Source: Bacillota bacterium (GTDB lineage: Bacteria > Bacillota > Dethiobacteria > DTU022). Taken from it: a DNA stretch of 24,000 nucleotides. A program made the position numbers and the translations under genes. Position 1 is the first letter of the stretch. The number at the start of each line of letters is the position of its first letter. The DNA lies in NCBI GenBank assembly GCA_018400435.1, contig JAGYMW010000016.1:13347-37346 (forward strand). Direction: 5' to 3'. This document shows, in pieces, positions 1 through 8,548 of this stretch. Below the pieces are notes generated by a model. The model was not told where the DNA came from. It saw only the letters and a list, made by a program, of their open reading frames with translations, and did no database searches.

Positions 1-869
1 AAGCAATGAATGCTCTTAACCCTGTTGTCGTAGATCAATTGGAGAAAAATTTTGACTTAGCAGAAAAGAATCCCGATGTTAAAGCCATTGTTTTCAAGGG
101 AGCCGGGAAAGCCTTCATCGCCGGGGCAGACATAAAATTCTTTGTCAACAACATCAAGTCGGATAATGTTGATAAGACCTATGCATTCACCCGCAAGGGG
201 CATGATCTCCTCCTGCGCTTTGAAAACTCATCCAAAATGACTATAGCCCTTGTTGACGGCCTCTCTCTCGGCGGAGGCAGCGAGGTAGCTCTGGCCTGCC
301 AGGCCATTATAGCTACGCCCAACGGGTCTTTTGGCTTCCCCGAAACAAATATCGGCATCTTCCCCGGACTGGGAGGAATGATCCGCGTTGAAAGGCACCT
401 CGGTCTGGAGCTGGCCAAGTACTACATCTTCACCGGGAAAAATATTAGCGCAGAAGAAGCCTACGAACTTGGTATAGTAACAAAACTTGTCGAGCCCACT
501 GAAGTAGACAAAGCTATTAAAGAAGTCATTGCCGGCAGTAAATTTGACAAGTACCGTCCGCGTAAAATACCGGCCAAATATGACCAGGCCAAAGCAGTCT
601 GCACCTCGGAAAATGTTGAGCACCTGTTAAAAGGTAAAACACCGCAGGGCGTAGATCCGGAATTCGCTGAAAAAACAGCAAAAATTGTTGCCAAAAAAGC
701 CCCTGTTGCCCTGAAACTGGCCAATGAATTAATGGATGCTCAGTCCAGGGTCTCCATTAAAAAAGCCATCGATCTGGAACTGGGTAAACTTTACGATATC
801 TTTGCGACCGAAGATGCTCTGGCCGGCCTGCAGTCTCCCGGGCGCCCGCCAAAATACCAGGACAAATAA
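1..869 (+). CDS. Enoyl-CoA hydratase/isomerase (crotonase) domain, 5'-truncated by the window edge; possibly the C-terminal domain of a 3-hydroxyacyl-CoA dehydrogenase/enoyl-CoA hydratase fusion
   Basis: Crotonase motifs GKAFIAGADIKFF, GLSLGGGSEVALACQ, FGFPETNIGIFPGLGG. The bases before the ATG at 6 stay in frame (..A-MNALNP), matching the internal 'PKAMNALN' segment of crotonases, so the true start is upstream of the window. Confidence 0.88.
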   Translation, partial: AMNALNPVVVDQLEKNFDLAEKNPDVKAIVFKGAGKAFIAGADIKFFVNNIKSDNVDKTYAFTRKGHDLLLRFENSSKMTIALVDGLSLGGGSEVALACQAIIATPNGSFGFPETNIGIFPGLGGMIRVERHLGLELAKYYIFTGKNISAEEAYELGIVTKLVEPTEVDKAIKEVIAGSKFDKYRPRKIPAKYDQAKAVCTSENVEHLLKGKTPQGVDPEFAEKTAKIVAKKAPVALKLANELMDAQSRVSIKKAIDLELGKLYDIFATEDALAGLQSPGRPPKYQDK

Positions 870-902
870 AAATAAAAAAAATTAAAAGGAGAATAATCAC
901 TC

Positions 903-2093
903 ATGTTCACAAAAGCTTACATTCCATACAAGGGCTATTACAGTACTCCATTCTGCAAGTGGCAGGGCAGCTTACAAAATGATAATGCCATAGACCTGGG
1001 AGCTAAAACCAGCAAAAGCTGGTTCGAAAGCAGAGGTATCGACCCTAAAGTTGTGGAGTATCTTTATCTGGGGATAACCGTTGGCCAGCACCGCGTCTTT
1101 TTTGGTGCCACATGGCCAGCAGTACAAATGGGTGCACCCGATATCCCGGGTATGACGGTGATGCAGGCCTGTTCCACAGCCACCACTTCCCTTTTTAACG
1201 CCAGCGCATCAGTGGAAGTAGGCAATGTCAATACTGCATACTGTCTTCTGGTTGACAGGTGCTCCAACAGCCCCCATACCATCTGGCCAAATCCGCTTGG
1301 TCCAGGAGGCGAAATTATTTCAGAAGACTGGTTCATGGATAACGTGAAAGCCGATCCAGCCACCGGTTCAGGAATGCTGGTAACCGCTGAAAATGTGGCT
1401 GAACAGGAAGGTTTCACCCGCGAAGAAGCTGATGAGCTAACACTGCGCCGATATGAACAATATGCCGAATCGCTGGCTAATAACCGCGCTTTCCAAAAGC
1501 GCTTTATGTTCCCGGTTGAAGCAACCGTTTCCCGAAAGAAAACCAAGCTGATAGAAGAAGACGAGGGTATCGCTAGAACGTCAAAAGAAGCTCTTGCCCG
1601 CCTGAAACCGGTGGCCAAAGACGGTATTCATACTTTCGGGGCCCAGACTCACCCCGCTGATGCTAACGTGGGGATCCTGGTCACCAGTAAAGATAAAGCT
1701 GCTGAACTGAGCGCTGATCCCAACGTTGCCATCCAGGTAGTATCCTACGGTTATGCCCGGGCTAAAAAGGCTTACATGCCTACCGCCCCTGTTCCCGCAG
1801 TGCAGATGGCTCTTGAACGGGCCGGTAAAAAAGCGCAGGATATGGTATCCATTAAAAACCACAATCCCTTTATCGTCAATGACCTCTACCTGGCCAAGAA
1901 GCTCGGCATTGATGCTACTTCCTTTAACAATTACGGCAGTTCAATAGTCTGGGGACATCCTCAGGCACCCACTGCTGGACGACTGATCATCGAAGCAATA
2001 GAAGAAGCAGCTATCAAAGGCGGAGGATATGCCCTTGTATCCGGCTGTGCCGCAGGCGACACAGCAGCAGCGATTATCATAAAAATCAGCTAA
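903..2093 (+). CDS. Thiolase-family acyl-CoA acetyltransferase, divergent
   Basis: 396 aa; nucleophile Cys in MQACSTAT at about residue 90, HNPF in the NEAF position, GHP motif, C-terminal SGCAAGD. Close downstream of the hydratase, with a GGAG-like RBS. Confidence 0.85.
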   Translation: MFTKAYIPYKGYYSTPFCKWQGSLQNDNAIDLGAKTSKSWFESRGIDPKVVEYLYLGITVGQHRVFFGATWPAVQMGAPDIPGMTVMQACSTATTSLFNASASVEVGNVNTAYCLLVDRCSNSPHTIWPNPLGPGGEIISEDWFMDNVKADPATGSGMLVTAENVAEQEGFTREEADELTLRRYEQYAESLANNRAFQKRFMFPVEATVSRKKTKLIEEDEGIARTSKEALARLKPVAKDGIHTFGAQTHPADANVGILVTSKDKAAELSADPNVAIQVVSYGYARAKKAYMPTAPVPAVQMALERAGKKAQDMVSIKNHNPFIVNDLYLAKKLGIDATSFNNYGSSIVWGHPQAPTAGRLIIEAIEEAAIKGGGYALVSGCAAGDTAAAIIIKIS

Positions 2094-2105
2094 AACAGGA
2101 TAAAT

Positions 2106-2138
2106 AAAAAAAGCCGGGTAAAAAACGCGGTTTTTTTT
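2106..2138 (+). terminator. Putative Rho-independent terminator after the thiolase gene
   Basis: AAAAAAgCCG...CGGTTTTTTTT stem with one bulge followed by a T tract, 13 nt after the stop codon. Confidence 0.5.
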
Positions 2139-2151
2139 ATTTTTTAACTAA

Positions 2152-2400
2152 AGCTTTCCCACAGATATCGCTCTACCTATACCTGAACAATACAACAGCA
2201 CAGCACCTAATCAGCTTATTGAGCTTATTCAATACTGCCTGGGAAAAGGCGTCAATTATATTGGCTTTAGATATCCCTACCGACAGGAAAAACAAAAATA
2301 TTTATTCAGTGTAATCGGTCAGGCTCTAAAGTGCTCTTTCCAGAATTCAACAAAATTTTTTCTTACTATACCTTAGTGAGGCATGTTTATTTACAAGATA
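2152..2400 (+). pseudogene. Aldo/keto reductase-like N-terminal remnant
   Basis: Stop-free frame, not in the ORF track, translating to SFPTDIALPIPEQYNSTAPNQLIELIQYCLGKGVNYIGFRYPYRQEKQKYLFSVIGQALKCSFQNSTKFFLLYLSEACLFTR*. It resembles the AKR segment 'LIRYAIDxGVNYIDTAYPY...SE..IGKALK..R..V.LATKLP', with the catalytic Asp region eroded. Confidence 0.45.
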
Positions 2401-2417
2401 ACAAGTGATGTTTTTAA

Positions 2418-3266
2418 TCAATTTTCTCTCCAGTTCCAGTCTCTTCCACCCTTGAATACATTGGCATTCATCTCAATGCTAATGAAGAGATTGGCATCGG
2501 GGAAACGCTGCACCATGTTGTAATAAAAGTTACCCACATCATCGGTGTTGGCCAATTCTTCATCCGTAGCGATAAGGTAATCCCTTGTGAAATCGAAGGA
2601 ACTCCAGTCAAAAGGCATGCCCGGTTTCTGATGGCCGGGTATGACTACTTCCGGATTCATTCTCTCAAGACAACCGATATCCTCAATCCACTGTTTCCGT
2701 TCCTTCGATGTAATTTCGCAGGTAAAAGGGTGGGCCTGGTTAAATAAAACATCACTGCCATAAAGTGTTTTTATCGATGGGATCCAGACCACCGAATTGT
2801 ATTTCAGATCACCCATTACACTGGGAATTATTTCAATACGGTGCCCTTCCAGTTCAAAATAATTTTCCTTCAGAGGCTCAATTTCCACCGTTTTCCGGCA
2901 GATATTGGTTTTGCCGATCACTGCTTCCCAGTGTTCAATTTTTCCAAAAAACTGGTCATTGATGGTATCACATGTATCGGGGAGAGCAATCACTCTTGCT
3001 TCCGGAAAAGCTTCCGCAATATGCCCTGTTCCAAAATAATGATCGGGATGGGCATGAGTAACATAAATTGTTTTTAGCTGTTTCCCTGTTTCCAACACTT
3101 CAGCGATAACCCGGTGAGCATTTGATTGTGTCCACTGGGTATCTATTAAAGCAGCATCCTCTTCACCCATCACTATTACCGATGCCACTTCAAACCCTTT
3201 TTCATCGCTAAAAAATACTTTTGTTGAAAGAAAATTCTTCCCATGCGTATTCAATACAACTTCCAT
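2418..3266 (-). CDS. MBL-fold metallo-hydrolase
   Basis: THAHPDHYFG metal-binding motif, SDVLFN and PGH motifs, AGGAGG RBS upstream. Confidence 0.88.
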   Translation of the reverse strand: MEVVLNTHGKNFLSTKVFFSDEKGFEVASVIVMGEEDAALIDTQWTQSNAHRVIAEVLETGKQLKTIYVTHAHPDHYFGTGHIAEAFPEARVIALPDTCDTINDQFFGKIEHWEAVIGKTNICRKTVEIEPLKENYFELEGHRIEIIPSVMGDLKYNSVVWIPSIKTLYGSDVLFNQAHPFTCEITSKERKQWIEDIGCLERMNPEVVIPGHQKPGMPFDWSSFDFTRDYLIATDEELANTDDVGNFYYNMVQRFPDANLFISIEMNANVFKGGRDWNWREN

Positions 3267-3321
3267 ACAAATCCTCCTCTGGTATAGTAACCCTGCGAAT
3301 ACGTAATCATTGGCTATATCT

Positions 3322-3552
3322 TCAGTGTTGATAAATCCTTCGATAATCTCTCCTGTCTGTTGGCTTAAATATCATAATCAAAATCATCCAACAAATAGGC
3401 AAGAGAACAGCAGTTACCGGTATGCCAAAAAACATCCAATCAAAAAAACCGACCCGAATTCCCGAATATGTTTCCAGCAGTTTTAAAATAAGAATGTTGA
3501 TGGAACTGCCGGCAGGAGTCATAATCTCTCCGATTTCTCCTCCCCAGAGCAA
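3322..3552 (-). pseudogene. Internal fragment of an SLC13/DASS-family anion (sulfate or dicarboxylate) transporter
   Basis: LLWGGEIGEIMTPAGSSINILILKLLETYSGIRVGFFDWMFFGIPVTAVLLPICWMILI matches the family pattern 'GGIGTPIGTPPN...GISFxFFDWMLFGLPxxLVLLPLxWLLL'. Both flanking parts of the expected several-hundred-residue protein are missing. Confidence 0.55.
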
Positions 3553-3593
3553 ACTATCACTAACAGTTCCGGGAGTACAGATCCGGTCCGCTA

Positions 3594-3977
3594 TTATCTG
3601 CTGAGAATGCCTTTAAGATGTTTCAATTCCTGTGCGGCCATTTCTTTTTTATCAAGCATTACGGCTATTAAATCCAGACGGCATGATGTACTATTTAATT
3701 TTTTTTGCTGCAGATAAAAAAACACCAGTCTACGCAACTGGCGGGCCTTCCTGAGATCAATCGATTCTTCCGGTCTTCCATATGCCGTACCGGTTTTAGT
3801 TCTTACTTCGACAAAAACCAGAGTTTTCCCCTCCCGGGCTATGATATCTATTTCTCCAATTGTACAGCGGTAATTTGTTTCGATAATTTCATAACCTTTA
3901 TTTTCCAGGTACACCCTGGCCGCTTGTTCTCCGGCCATGCCAACCCGTCGGCGCTGCTGGGTCATGCATTCCGTCAC
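3594..3977 (-). CDS. YraN family (UPF0102) endonuclease-like protein
   Basis: GEQAARVYLENKGYEIIETNYRCTIGEIDIIAREGKTLVFVEVRTKTGTAYG is typical of UPF0102; next to rnhB. Confidence 0.92.
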   Translation of the reverse strand: MTECMTQQRRRVGMAGEQAARVYLENKGYEIIETNYRCTIGEIDIIAREGKTLVFVEVRTKTGTAYGRPEESIDLRKARQLRRLVFFYLQQKKLNSTSCRLDLIAVMLDKKEMAAQELKHLKGILSR

Positions 3978-4108
3978 TCCATTCTTATTAGAGCAAACCG
4001 TTGATACTGAATAATTGTACCGTCAGATCCAAACATTTACGGCGTTGCTATATAATCAAATATATCGATATTTTTCCCTGACGCTTCATCTCAAATCTTT
4101 TTTAATCT

Positions 4109-4873
4109 TTAAGTCAAGCGAAATGAGCGGCGGTGAACAAGGCAGGGACCATAACGCCTCAGGGCAGAACGATGTTCTGCTGTACCATAGCCCATGTTTC
4201 GATCAAAACCATAAACAGGATACTGCCGATGGAGATCAAGCATGACTCTATCCCTGGCCACTTTGGCCAAAATTGACGCCGCGGCAATGGAAAGTGAGAG
4301 CCGATCTCCACTCTTCAAGACCTTTTGCCGGTAAGGACATCGCAGGATGGAAAATCCGTCAACAAGAAGATAATCTGGTTTGCAGGCAAGCGCATTAACT
4401 GCCCTAAGCATGGCCAGCATTGAGGCGGCATGAATGTTAATTCGATCAATTTCCTCTCTCGAAGCACTGCCAATTGCATAAGCTTCAGCATCGATAATAA
4501 TTCGCTCAAAAAGCTTTTCTCTCGTACAGGCTGACAATTGTTTGGAATCATTTAATCCTTCAATCAACAAATCCTGTTTGAGGATTACCGCAGCAGCAAA
4601 AACCGGGCCGGCCAGAGGGCCGCGTCCTGCTTCATCAACACCTGCGACTGATTCATATCCTTGATGCCAGAGCTGCTCCTCCTCAAGAAACATTTTTTTG
4701 AGGCGCAATTCCTCCGCCTCGCGCGCTTCCGTCTTCTTTTTAAAACGTTCCAGCAGGTAAGCTGCTCCCCGACGCGAATCATTTTGCAAAAACCGGGCCT
4801 CTTCAACAGACAACTTGTCCCTTTCAGCAAGAAGGGTATCGATTTCTAAAAGCGTCATTCCTTTAAAAGGCAA
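4109..4873 (-). CDS. rnhB: Ribonuclease HII
   Basis: VAGVDEAGRGPLAGPVFAAAV, LNDSKQLS and SILAKVARDRVM motifs. Confidence 0.96.
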   Translation of the reverse strand: MPFKGMTLLEIDTLLAERDKLSVEEARFLQNDSRRGAAYLLERFKKKTEAREAEELRLKKMFLEEEQLWHQGYESVAGVDEAGRGPLAGPVFAAAVILKQDLLIEGLNDSKQLSACTREKLFERIIIDAEAYAIGSASREEIDRINIHAASMLAMLRAVNALACKPDYLLVDGFSILRCPYRQKVLKSGDRLSLSIAAASILAKVARDRVMLDLHRQYPVYGFDRNMGYGTAEHRSALRRYGPCLVHRRSFRLT

Positions 4874-4905
4874 GACCGAACCACCTCCTGCTGTTTAATC
4901 ATTCT

Positions 4906-5739
4906 TTAAACCGGAACTTCCTCAAGGGTAATCCTGCCCAGCGCTCCCTCCTGGAAATCGTGAAGCAGGGAAGCGGCTGCCCTGTCTAAATCCGGTTTGC
5001 CAGCAGATTGTAAATAACCGAACTTATAAGCAATATCTTCCAACAAACCGGCCTCGCTTTGCCCTCCTGTCCCATTATACTTTTTCTGCATAAAACTGAA
5101 TATACCGTTCTCTTGATAGAAGTTAATTAACCACGAAACAGTATTCTGCAGGTCATAGCGACCGGCCGGTATGGCTCCCACTACCGCCAGGGGATAACTT
5201 GAATCTTCCGTTATTTTTGGCCAGAGAATGCCAGGCGTATCAAGCAGCTCTATTTCCGGATGAATACGAATCCACTGCCGCCCCCTTGTAATACCAGGTT
5301 GGTTGCCTGTCTTGACAGCAGATTTTTTTAAAAAATAATTAATAAGCGTCGATTTCCCCACATTGGGTATCCCGACAACCATCATCCGCAGGGGACGCCT
5401 GAACCGGCTTCGTTTTTTCCCCGACTTTTCCCGCTTTAAATAACGCATCAACTGATTAATTGATTGTTTATCATAAATGCTAAAACTGATGGCGTCCTGA
5501 TCCCTTTCCTTAAAATGAGAAAGCCAGTGCCCGGTAGCGTCAGGATCAGCCCTGTCCGCTTTATGCAGCAGAAGAAGAGTCTTCTTCTCTGCGAGCAATC
5601 TGGCAAATAATGGATTGTGGCTGCTGATGGGGATGCGTGCATCAAGCAGCTCTATAACAATATCAACTGACTTTATATCCTGGCGGAGTTGATTAACAGA
5701 TCGGGCCATATTGCCGGGGTACCACTGTCCCTCTCTCAA
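4906..5739 (-). CDS. rbgA: Ribosome biogenesis GTPase YlqF/RbgA (circularly permuted GTPase)
   Basis: WYPGNMARS, DARIPISSHNP, GIPNVGKSTLIN, GNQPGITRG and LLDTPGILWP motifs. Confidence 0.95.
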   Translation of the reverse strand: MREGQWYPGNMARSVNQLRQDIKSVDIVIELLDARIPISSHNPLFARLLAEKKTLLLLHKADRADPDATGHWLSHFKERDQDAISFSIYDKQSINQLMRYLKREKSGKKRSRFRRPLRMMVVGIPNVGKSTLINYFLKKSAVKTGNQPGITRGRQWIRIHPEIELLDTPGILWPKITEDSSYPLAVVGAIPAGRYDLQNTVSWLINFYQENGIFSFMQKKYNGTGGQSEAGLLEDIAYKFGYLQSAGKPDLDRAAASLLHDFQEGALGRITLEEVPV

Positions 5740-6269
5740 GGACTCCGCACCTCATCTCCGATTCCCCGGGCTTCCCAGAGAGGCCAGAAAATAAAAAAAG
5801 CTTTCCCTTTCAGTGAATCAAGCGATATAAAACCGACCCGTGGATCCCTGCTATCCATACTGTTGCACCGGTAATCTCCAAGCAAAAAAATATACCCCGG
5901 TGGTACTTCCACTGGACCGAAATCGGCCATCTCCATGTCATCCAGCAAATAAGGTTCATTCAGGACTGCACCGTTGAGATAAACCTGTCCAGTTTTTATT
6001 TCGACCCGGTCGCCACCGACTCCGATCACCCTTTTTATAAAATCACGGCCGGGTTGGTACTCAAATACCACAATATCACCCAGCTGCGGTTCATCGAAGT
6101 AATAAACAACTTTGTTTACCATCAGGCGTTCTGTTTCCTCCATGGTGGGATACATTGATCGCCCCTCGACAACAAAAACTTCGAACAAGAAAAGGCGGAT
6201 CAGAATCGCCAGAACAACAGCAATCAGAATGGATCTGATCCATTCCCAGGCTTCTCTCCATTTTCCCAA
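5736..6269 (-). CDS. lepB: Signal peptidase I
   Basis: N-terminal TM segment, VVEGRSMYPTM catalytic Ser, IKRVIGVGGD catalytic Lys, LGDYRCNSMDSRDPRVGFI. Stop overlaps the rbgA start by 4 bp. Confidence 0.95.
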   Translation of the reverse strand: MGKWREAWEWIRSILIAVVLAILIRLFLFEVFVVEGRSMYPTMEETERLMVNKVVYYFDEPQLGDIVVFEYQPGRDFIKRVIGVGGDRVEIKTGQVYLNGAVLNEPYLLDDMEMADFGPVEVPPGYIFLLGDYRCNSMDSRDPRVGFISLDSLKGKAFFIFWPLWEARGIGDEVRSP

Positions 6270-6287
6270 TTAGATCATCCCCATCTA

Positions 6288-6632
6288 TCAGCGGCGTTCT
6301 TTAATACGGGCAGCTTTACCGGTAAGCTTACGCAGATAATAGAGCTTCGCTCTGCGGACACGCCCTTTTTTTACCACCTCAATTTTGCTAATTGACGGTG
6401 AATGGATCGGGAAAACTCTTTCCACACCAATGCCGAAGGTGACCCTCCTGACAGTGAATGTTTCCCTTGCTCCACTGCCCTGTCTCCTGATCACAACACC
6501 TTCAAACACCTGGACTCTTTCACGACCCCCTTCAACAACCCGGACATGAACTTTCACCGTATCTCCTGCCGAAAACGGCGGCAGATCGTCTTTCATGTTT
6601 CGCTTTTCTACTTCCTTTAAAAAGTCTGTCAC
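6288..6632 (-). CDS. rplS: 50S ribosomal protein L19
   Basis: [29 protein letters not shown]...[22 protein letters not shown]. Confidence 0.98.
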   Translation of the reverse strand: MTDFLKEVEKRNMKDDLPPFSAGDTVKVHVRVVEGGRERVQVFEGVVIRRQGSGARETFTVRRVTFGIGVERVFPIHSPSISKIEVVKKGRVRRAKLYYLRKLTGKAARIKERR

Positions 6633-6662
6633 GCTTTCAACCTCCTATCGATCAATGCATAA

Positions 6663-7421
6663 TTATAACACATTATTCTGATCAGATTGCTCATTTTTTA
6701 ATGTATCCAGATAAATCCTGTCTTCATTTTTTAGCTCAGTTTTGCTGAGTAGTTCAGGTCGTCTTTGATAAGTCCTCAGGATCGACTGTTTCCTCCGCCA
6801 GTGCTCAATTTCAGCATGGTTTCCCGATAGAAGTACCGCCGGCACTTCCATACCCCGGAATACAGCCGGGCGGGTATAATGCGGATATTCAAGCAACGAT
6901 TCGGTGAAAGATTCATTTTCTGCCGCCTCCACGGAAAGGAAACCTGGCAAGAGCCGGACCACAGCATCACAAACTACAGCAGCAGCCAACTCGCCTCCGG
7001 TGAGGACAAAATCGCCAATTGAAAGTTCTTCCTCGACCAGTCCCAGGCGGACCCGTTCATCCACCCCTTCGTAGTGGCCGCAGATTAATATCAGATGTTT
7101 GAGGTCGGCCAGCTCGCTCGCCTTTTCCTGATTGAATGTATCCCCCTGCGGGGTCAGTAGAATTACCCTTTCATTACCGCCCCTTGTTTTATCAGATCGT
7201 AGGTCTTCAACTGCTTTATAAAGGGGCTCCGGTTTAAAAATCATTCCCCGGCCTCCCCCGTATGGAGAATCGTCCACCTGGTGATGACGGTCTTCCGTGT
7301 ATTGCCGCAGGTCAACTGGATTAATTTCCACCAGGTTCTGATCGATCGCTCTTTTAATCATGCTTTCCCTAAACGGCCCATCAAACATGCCGGGGAAAAT
7401 CGTCAGTATATCTATCCTCAT
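6663..7421 (-). CDS. trmD: tRNA (guanine-N1)-methyltransferase
   Basis: MRIDILTIFPGMF, CGHYEGVDERV, SIGDFVLTGGELAA. Confidence 0.98.
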   Translation of the reverse strand: MRIDILTIFPGMFDGPFRESMIKRAIDQNLVEINPVDLRQYTEDRHHQVDDSPYGGGRGMIFKPEPLYKAVEDLRSDKTRGGNERVILLTPQGDTFNQEKASELADLKHLILICGHYEGVDERVRLGLVEEELSIGDFVLTGGELAAAVVCDAVVRLLPGFLSVEAAENESFTESLLEYPHYTRPAVFRGMEVPAVLLSGNHAEIEHWRRKQSILRTYQRRPELLSKTELKNEDRIYLDTLKNEQSDQNNVL

Positions 7422-7444
7422 TGTCCTTCACCGGTCTTCCTGTC

Positions 7445-7981
7445 TTATAATTCCAGGAGTCCTTCCGGCAGCTCTACTTCAACTATCCCGTCTTCAAGAT
7501 CAACCCGCTTAACAATCTTCCTCACTGCCGGAATTAAAACTGTTTTTTTCTCTTGATCATCTTTCTGCATTATTAAAAGATCATGGCCGCCTGTATTCAG
7601 AATATCGACAACCCTGCCCAGCAGTTCGCCTGCACTGAATATTTGCAAGCCAATTATCTGATCATGATAATAAGTGCCTTCAGGCAGGGACAGCCGCTCC
7701 GATTGGGGGATCATGAGTAAAGCTCCCTTCAAAACCAGAGCTTCATCCCGGCTCTCAATGCCTTTAAACTTTATCAACCAGAGAGGACCGAATACGGAAC
7801 CTTTTTCTACAGTCATCCAGCAGGATTGAGATTCATGCTGCAGCAGTACTTTCTCAAGTTGAGTAACCCTTTCAGGAAAATCGCTGCAGGGATAAACCTT
7901 AACCAGTCCTTTCACACCATGTGGTGAAAGAATTTTACCAATGACTGCTTTCTGAAGGTCATTGGACAATTTCAACAACAA
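7445..7981 (-). CDS. rimM: Ribosome maturation factor RimM
   Basis: VIGKILSPHGVKGLVKVYPCSDFPER; PRC-barrel C-terminus (HDLLIMQ). Start codon ambiguous (TTG choices), overlapping khpA. Confidence 0.93.
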   Translation of the reverse strand: MLLKLSNDLQKAVIGKILSPHGVKGLVKVYPCSDFPERVTQLEKVLLQHESQSCWMTVEKGSVFGPLWLIKFKGIESRDEALVLKGALLMIPQSERLSLPEGTYYHDQIIGLQIFSAGELLGRVVDILNTGGHDLLIMQKDDQEKKTVLIPAVRKIVKRVDLEDGIVEVELPEGLLEL

Positions 7982-8189
7982 CCCGTTTGCTTTCTTTAAC
8001 AGCAGCCGCGTTGATCACTGTCCTGATAGCTTTGGCAATACGGCCCTGTTTGCCAATAACCTTGCCCATATCATCCGGAGCCACTCTCAGTTCAAGAATA
8101 ATTGATTTTTCACTTTCAACCTGCCGGACCTCGACCCGCTCAGGATCGTCAACCAGCGCTTTGGCCAAATGCTCCAGAAGCTGCTTCAT
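7959..8189 (-). CDS. khpA: KH-domain RNA-binding protein (YlqC/KhpA)
   Basis: VAPDDMGKVIGKQGRIAKAIRTVINAAA KH motif; lies between rpsP and rimM. Confidence 0.93.
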   Translation of the reverse strand: MKQLLEHLAKALVDDPERVEVRQVESEKSIILELRVAPDDMGKVIGKQGRIAKAIRTVINAAAVKESKRVVVEIVQ

Positions 8190-8215
8190 TGTTGGTAACC
8201 TCCCTGCAGAGCTGA

Positions 8216-8458
8216 TTATTTCAGGCCTGCTTTTTCAAAAAGAGCTTTCACTCTATCGGACGGGCGCGCTCCTTTGGAAATCCACTGCATAGCCTTTTCT
8301 GAGTCAACTTCGAATGTGGTCGGGGTGGTAGTGGGGTTATAATAACCTATTTCTTCAATAAAACGTCCATCCCTTGGATAGCGGGAATCAGCCACCACTA
8401 TGCGATAAAAAGGTTTTTTCTTTGCTCCCATTCGTTTTAACCTGATCCTTACTGCCAA
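8216..8458 (-). CDS. rpsP: 30S ribosomal protein S16
   Basis: [41 protein letters not shown]. Start set at the TTG 3 codons inside the track ORF, placed after GGAGGTG. Confidence 0.96.
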   Translation of the reverse strand: MAVRIRLKRMGAKKKPFYRIVVADSRYPRDGRFIEEIGYYNPTTTPTTFEVDSEKAMQWISKGARPSDRVKALFEKAGLK

Positions 8459-8520
8459 CTGTTTCACCTCCGCATGGACTATTAATTTGTTTTATCGGCA
8501 AAAATCTCTGCCCATCTATG

Positions 8521-8543
8521 AAAAACCGGTTTGGAGCCGGCTT
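8521..8543 (-). terminator. Putative intrinsic terminator downstream of ffh
   Basis: Minus strand AAGCCGG-CTCCAAA-CCGGTTTTTC, starting 5 nt after the ffh stop codon. Confidence 0.5.
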
Positions 8544-8548
8544 GCTTT

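Noticed and set aside
179-724. Minus-strand ORFs 179-418, 228-623 and 461-724
   Set aside because: Fully inside and antisense to the crotonase coding region; no family resemblance and low-complexity antisense composition.
1064-1947. ORFs 1064-1618, 1581-1862 and 1753-1947 inside the thiolase gene
   Set aside because: Shadow ORFs of a well-supported CDS; no recognisable motifs.
4015-4245. + strand ORF 4015-4245 (76 aa)
   Set aside because: Mostly antisense to rnhB, no good RBS, no recognisable domain.
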